Below are positions 59,482 to 64,000 of a DNA stretch of 64,000 nt, piece by piece (positions within the stretch are counted from its first letter, which is position 1; every line of letters starts with the position of its first letter). Below the pieces are notes generated by a model that was not told where the DNA came from, did not search any database, and saw only the letters and a program-made list of their open reading frames with translations. The translations under genes and the position numbers were made by a program. This DNA comes from an uncultured bacterium (GTDB lineage Bacteria > Chloroflexota > UBA5177 > JANWHV01): contig CAWHAE010000010.1 in assembly GCA_963827235.1 (NCBI GenBank), forward strand, positions 64,001-128,000, in the 5' to 3' direction.

Positions 59482-59805
59482 CTAGACCTGGGAGAGGCAA
59501 GGGTCGGGGTCGAGACGCCCGTGTTGGCGATCGTAGCGTTCCCAAGGTGTCTCCAGAATCGCCGCTGGAATTGGCGCCCAGTTGAAGGTGTAGCGAAACG
59601 TATGGTAGGCGAGCGAACCCGGGAGGGGATACGCGTCGAATACCTCGCGCCAGCCGGCAAAGAGGGCGAAGGTATCCTGGTCGGGGACGATGCCGAAATC
59701 CCAGGCACCGCAGATGCGTTGGACGTAGTCTGCACGATCAGATGCAGTGTCGAGTACATCTGGAGGCTCGTCCAGGTCGGGGTAGACGGTGGCGTCGATG
59801 TGCAT
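59482..59805 (-). CDS. Hypothetical protein downstream of AbiEii (candidate antitoxin)
   Basis: 107 aa, acidic and aromatic; 17 bp after the AbiEii stop. Confidence 0.6.
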   Translation of the reverse strand: MHIDATVYPDLDEPPDVLDTASDRADYVQRICGAWDFGIVPDQDTFALFAGWREVFDAYPLPGSLAYHTFRYTFNWAPIPAAILETPWERYDRQHGRLDPDPCLSQV

Positions 59806-59822
59806 AGTGTTACCTGAGCACG

Positions 59823-60557
59823 TTAGGGCTCGTGCGTCGGGGCATTGCGCGTCTGCGCAGCCAGGACCGTGTCGAGCCAGGTGCGGATTTTGCCAGCGGC
59901 TTCCCGCTCTGCGTGCGGAAGGTTACTGAGCGGTCGCCGGGCTTCCAATGCCGTGACGTGAGCGAGGATTTGCTGTTGCGCGTCCCGTACGCCGAGGGCA
60001 GGGTTCTTCTCCTGCCACAGTGCCCATAACTCGCCGACGGTGGCAAGCCCGTGGTGGCAGGCGGTATACACGTCGAGCATGTCGCGCGGTGCGCCACGCG
60101 CGATGAGGGCTGTCATCTTGCTTGCCAGCGTGTCGGTCAGCGCTTCGATCTGGAGTGGCGGCCAGACGGTAGGCGCGGGCGATCCGATGTAGCGATCGCG
60201 AGACGCGACCTGAAGTGAGCAGACTGCTTTGCGCCTGGCAGGATCATGCAGTTCGAGCGAGGCGACGTCGCTATAACGGCGTTCGTTGAGCAGGAGTCCA
60301 TGTCGAGTGGCGATCGATTGCAGCAAGTCTCGGAATGCTCTGAGCGCAGCTTCGCGTTCCGGTAGTGTGGTGTTGGGTGCCCACCATGCATCGAGATCGT
60401 GTGTGTCGCGGTAATCAAGGTAGTGCTTGAAGGCGACCCCACCGCCGAGAACGATTGTTGCAGCAGCAGATTGGTGACGCAGCTGTTCGAGAATCTCACG
60501 CACGATTGGGTCGAGGTGCCGCGGGGGCGTTGGTTGCGGCGCCGGCTGCCCTGGCAT
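59823..60557 (-). CDS. AbiEii/AbiGii nucleotidyltransferase toxin
   Basis: LGGGVAF.HY..YRDTHDLDAW; ASKMTALIARGAPRDMLDVY. Confidence 0.85.
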   Translation of the reverse strand: MPGQPAPQPTPPRHLDPIVREILEQLRHQSAAATIVLGGGVAFKHYLDYRDTHDLDAWWAPNTTLPEREAALRAFRDLLQSIATRHGLLLNERRYSDVASLELHDPARRKAVCSLQVASRDRYIGSPAPTVWPPLQIEALTDTLASKMTALIARGAPRDMLDVYTACHHGLATVGELWALWQEKNPALGVRDAQQQILAHVTALEARRPLSNLPHAEREAAGKIRTWLDTVLAAQTRNAPTHEP

Positions 60558-60696
60558 GCACGTTCTCCTTCACGGAATTGAGCGCGCTTGACACCACATC
60601 GCGCGTCGCGGTGGACTCCACTGAACACCCAGAAGCGATACCGAAGCCACGGTCAAACCCGCGGGCTTTGCTCGAGCGCGCGGTGTATTCACGGAG

Positions 60697-60713
60697 GCGG
60701 GCAAGATGCCCGC
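60697..60713. repeat. Short REP-like palindrome
   Basis: GCGGGCA-aga-TGCCCGC; recalled (unverified) as similar to a Chloroflexales intergenic palindrome. Confidence 0.4.
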
Positions 60714-60830
60714 GGTCCCGGGCTGGGGGCCACATCCGCGGATCCCGGCGTGGCCTGACTTCAGTATAGCCCTTGGTTCCTGGCGTGCCGGCAACTGGGG
60801 CGTGTGCCTGTGCCAGCATCAGGCCGGAGC

Positions 60831-60913
60831 CGGCGGTCCATACTGACGGGTCGGTGGAAGCGACCCCCCGGGGCGCTATGAGCTGATCCACGGCAACGCG
60901 CGTGCCGGTAGCG
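60831..60913. repeat. Intergenic copy of 39306-39388
   Basis: Encodes ATGTRVAVDQLIAPRGVASTDPSVWTA on the minus strand. Confidence 0.92.
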
Positions 60914-61086
60914 ACATTTCCGGTTTAGGCTTCATTGATCCCTCTCGAGACAGCGGACGCCACCTCTGCCTCATGTGGCACGCCTCCAGAGTGAGTAGCG
61001 CTAAGAGCGTGTGCAGCAATGTCGTAAAGGCCAAACTGAAAGGATGAATCGCGGGTAGTATCCAGGCTGAAACAGGGACGAATGGC

Positions 61087-62244
61087 TCAGGCGGACGCGA
61101 GGAAGCGTTCGGTGACGGCAGTGAAGAGGTTCACGCCGACCATGAGCGCATCTTCATCGACGTCCATGTGTGGCTCGTGCACATTGCTGGTAATTCCCCG
61201 CGCCTCGTTCCGCACACCAAGGGCAATGTACGTGCCGGGCACGGCGTTGAGGAACCCAGCAAAGTCGTCCGCGGCCATGATTGGCGGCACGGTCACGACG
61301 TTGTCGGCACCTAGCAGTTCGCTCGCCGCATGGACGACCAGGTTCGTCATGGCCGGATCGTTGTGCACAGGATCGTAGCCCGGCGTGATCGTGCAGTCGC
61401 AGGTAGCGCGGAAGGCCTCGGCCGTGCTCGTGGCTACCTGTGCGGTCCGGGTGCGCAGGTGATCGCGTGCCGCCGTGCTGAGAAACTGCATGATGCCCTT
61501 CATGTTGCAGGTAGCGGTGCTGCCGTGGATGCTAGTGACGGCCAAGCCGGCGGCTTCCTGCGGGTCCAGCTCACGCGCGACGAGGGAGTGCAGAGCGGTG
61601 ACAATCTGCGCGGCGGGCAGGATCGGATCGATGCAATGCTGGCGCGCGTACGGGTGACCACTTCTGCCGGTGATCTCCAGGGTGAAGACATCGAAACCGG
61701 CCACCATCGTGCCAGCACGGACGGCGATAGTGCCTACAGGCAGCACGGGATAGACGTGGAGGCCGAAGGCAGCGTCGACGTGCGGCGTCTCGAGCACCCC
61801 GGCGGCAATCATCTGGGCCGCGCCGCCGGGCAACTGCTCCTCCCCCGGTTGAAAGACGAGCTTGACATTGCCCGTGATCTGCCCGCGGCGCTCGGCGAGG
61901 ACGCGGGCCGCGCCCAAGAGCATGGCGGTGTGCGCGTCGTGCCCGCAGGCGTGCATCACTCCGGGAGTCTGCGAGCGGTAGGGCACGTCGTTCAGTTCCT
62001 GGATCGGCAGTGCGTCGATGTCGGCGCGGAGGAGCACGGTCCTTCCTGGCCGCGCGCCCCTGATGAGGCCCACGACGCCGGTACCGGCGATAGCGGTCTG
62101 TACATCGAGATTTAGGAGCCGCAGGCGCTCGGCAATCCAGCGCGCAGTCTCGTGTTCCTTGAAGCTTGGCTCGGGGTGCATGTGCAGGTGCCGCCGATCT
62201 TCGATGACCTGCGTTTCTATCGGCACCAAGTTGAGGGTTTCCAC
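61087..62244 (-). CDS. M20D amidohydrolase
   Basis: RRHLHMHPE, LRADIDALP, MHACGHDAH, FQPGEE, FGLH; GTG start after GGAGG. Confidence 0.9.
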   Translation of the reverse strand: METLNLVPIETQVIEDRRHLHMHPEPSFKEHETARWIAERLRLLNLDVQTAIAGTGVVGLIRGARPGRTVLLRADIDALPIQELNDVPYRSQTPGVMHACGHDAHTAMLLGAARVLAERRGQITGNVKLVFQPGEEQLPGGAAQMIAAGVLETPHVDAAFGLHVYPVLPVGTIAVRAGTMVAGFDVFTLEITGRSGHPYARQHCIDPILPAAQIVTALHSLVARELDPQEAAGLAVTSIHGSTATCNMKGIMQFLSTAARDHLRTRTAQVATSTAEAFRATCDCTITPGYDPVHNDPAMTNLVVHAASELLGADNVVTVPPIMAADDFAGFLNAVPGTYIALGVRNEARGITSNVHEPHMDVDEDALMVGVNLFTAVTERFLASA

Positions 62245-62736
62245 GAACCCGTTCCCTCCGCCGTCCTCTTTGCGCTCTACTCTGTGTTGCCCAAGGAGCG
62301 TAGTCGGCGCCAGCCTGAGCCGACTACCTGCCCAAAGTGTACCGGACCCATGAGAGCCCATCGGTCGAGCAGGCTGCCCAAAAAGCGCGAAACAGGTCCT
62401 GTTGTGTCTTCTTCATGCCATGGGTATAGTCTGTTAACAGTCCTTGGAAAACCACTGTTCCACCGGCGCAGGCAGTAGCATAGGTCTTTCGATCAGGTGG
62501 TTTGGACCTTTGTGAAGGCGCTCTACGTGTCACTGAAATACTGGGGCGTATCCGCAAACTCACAATCGGGAGCGTCCCGCCGTGTCAGAGTCCGTCCCTA
62601 TGCCGATCTCTTCACAGTCACAGGGCAGCAGAGTCAGCAGCCTTGTCCAGATGGGTGTGGATCCGGGTTTGCAGATAGGCCCTAGCTCGGCGCCAGGCAG
62701 ATTCGACGGAGGGGACGGGCGGGATGCGTTCAAATA

Positions 62737-62782
62737 CGGTTCAGATCGACGGGAAACGGTCTCTGCCCAGGGGACGGGCGGG
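62737..62782. repeat. 46-bp dispersed motif, copy C
   Basis: 39 of 46 positions identical to 27333-27378, ungapped. Confidence 0.75.
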
Positions 62783-63016
62783 GATGAAGCACTCTCCGGT
62801 CGATACCTGCACGTGGGTCTCCGGAGGCTCCGCGCTGATGCGCGGGGCGTCTGAATGAAGCGTCATGCGCGATGGGCGCAGCGGGAAAACTCCACGCCAA
62901 TTCACACCAGACCTCCATATTCAGCATCTTGTGGCAGCGATTGGTCCCACCACATGATGTTGTGAGGTCAAGGATGGACACCGAAACCGGTTTCAGTGCG
63001 ACGCGGCCGTGTTTGG

Positions 63017-64000
63017 TCAGCCGGGCGGGTCCATCTCGCCAGGCGAGTCGAGGTGCACCCGTTCCAGGAAACCGATGTAGCTGTCGAGGGCCTCGCGCAG
63101 GCGCCGCATGCGCTGCACGTACTCGGGCAGCTCCGCCACACCGGGCAGAAGCTCTCCGAGCCGGAGGTTCCGCAGCTGGGTTTCCATGGCGTCCACCCGC
63201 CTGGCAAAGTGGCGGACCTGGCGCCGGCGGGACTGCCGCGCGGGGGCGTCCAGCAGGGCGACTACCTCGCCCGCGGTGGGACCCTGCTCTCCCGGCGGCT
63301 CTTCGACCACATCCTCGGCGTCATCCAGGTCCACGCCGTGGCGATCGGGCAGGAGCGAGCGCACGAGCTCCTCGGTATCGCGGACCGAGAGGTGCCTGCC
63401 CACCACGTCGCCGAGCACCTCCAGGTGCATGGTGCCGGGCAGGCGCGCGATTGATCGCGCGTGACGCCCGCTGATCCGGCCTGCCTGGATCGCGGCCTTG
63501 ATCGGCTCGGGGGCATCCAGGAGGCTCAGCATCTGGTAGACCCGCCGGTCGCTCAGGCCGTGCCTGATTGGCAAGCTCCACCCAGCTCTGCGGCTGCAGA
63601 TCGCGCATGCGCGCCAGGGCCTGCGCTTTCTCCAGCTCGGTGAGGTCGGCCCGCAGCAGGTTCTCGGCCAGCTGCTTGCCCAGCACGTCGGCCGGATGGT
63701 CCGGGCGCGCGGTCGAGGAGCACCGGTACGCGCTCCATGCCCGCGATTTCCGATGCACGCCAGCGGCGCTCGCCGGTGACGATGGTGAACACGTCGTCGT
63801 CGTCGTCGTAATAGGCCGTGATCGGCGACTGCATGCCGTCCGCGATCAGCGAGGCGGCCAGCGCCTGCAGGGCCTTGGGGTCGAATGCCCGTGCGCGGCT
63901 GCCCGGGGTCCGGCCGCAGGCGCTCGCGCGCGATGAGCTTGGCGCCGGCGAGCGCCGATACGCCGTCGTCCTGCGTCTTGCGCAGATCTCCGAGCGAATC
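63017..64000 (-). CDS. parB: ParB/RepB/Spo0J partition protein, frameshifted several times, 5' end outside the window
   Basis: PDPGQPR, IVTGERRWRA, QLAENLLRADLTELEKA, ISGRHARSI spread across ORFs 63553-63834, 63321-63758 and 63017-63574. Confidence 0.85.
   Translation of the reverse strand, partial: DSLGDLRKTQDDGVSALAGAKLIARERLRPDPGQPRTGIRPQGPAGAGRLADRGRHAVADHGLLRRRRRRVHHRHRRAPLACIGNRGHGARTGAPRPRARTIRPTCWASSWPRTCCGPTSPSWRKRRPWRACAICSRRAGWSLPIRHGLSDRRVYQMLSLLDAPEPIKAAIQAGRISGRHARSIARLPGTMHLEVLGDVVGRHLSVRDTEELVRSLLPDRHGVDLDDAEDVVEEPPGEQGPTAGEVVALLDAPARQSRRRQVRHFARRVDAMETQLRNLRLGELLPGVAELPEYVQRMRRLREALDSYIGFLERVHLDSPGEMDPPG

Noticed and set aside
39306-60913. Diversity-generating retroelement TR/VR pair
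   Set aside because: Mismatches are not confined to adenines on one strand, the segment is mid-gene, and no reverse transcriptase is present
193-63936. Numerous long Arg/Ala/Pro-rich alternative-frame and antisense ORFs in the ORF track
   Set aside because: Shadow ORFs expected in high-GC DNA; they overlap well-supported genes and lack motifs
1-64000. tRNA, rRNA or tmRNA genes and an integrase att site
   Set aside because: No T-loop/acceptor-stem patterns or rRNA-like sequence were recognised by eye; a tRNAscan/Rfam run would be decisive

Overview
High-GC bacterial DNA whose gene families (XRE-AAA-TPR regulators, double-cyclase STAND proteins, Thr/Pro-linker surface proteins) suggest Chloroflexota or a similar lineage; this assignment is an inference. 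The window looks like an accessory region or plasmid/chromid. It has no rRNA, tRNA or CRISPR, carries four toxin/antitoxin-type loci and a frameshifted ParB at the right edge, and is scattered with truncated gene remnants. Intact modules: (1) 1-9.6 kb, a glycosylation / sulfur-relay / radical-SAM cluster (GH31, ArnT-like GT, GT2, sulfocyanin fusion, radical SAM, TusA, DsrE, NUDIX, DUF2064/TIGR04282 GT); (2) an XRE-STAND regulator flanked by an 87-bp direct repeat, and an orphan histidine kinase; (3) two TetR-controlled efflux/ABC units with visible operators; (4) 29.5-42 kb, a candidate cyclic-nucleotide signalling island made of two paralogous unknown proteins built from one repeated domain, two stand-alone cNMP-binding proteins and a double-cyclase-AAA-TPR protein, convergent with a ~1790-aa secreted gingipain-like (C25) protein that carries 18 perfect PSGYL repeats; (5) YeiH, TauE and a CsoR/CstR-like regulator; (6) Opp-type and ABC-2 transporters, an oxidoreductase, AbiEii and an M20 amidohydrolase. 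The best candidates for undescribed biology are the PSGYL-repeat protease, the cNMP island and the radical-SAM/TusA/DsrE/GT cluster. All family calls come from motif recognition by eye, not from database searches.
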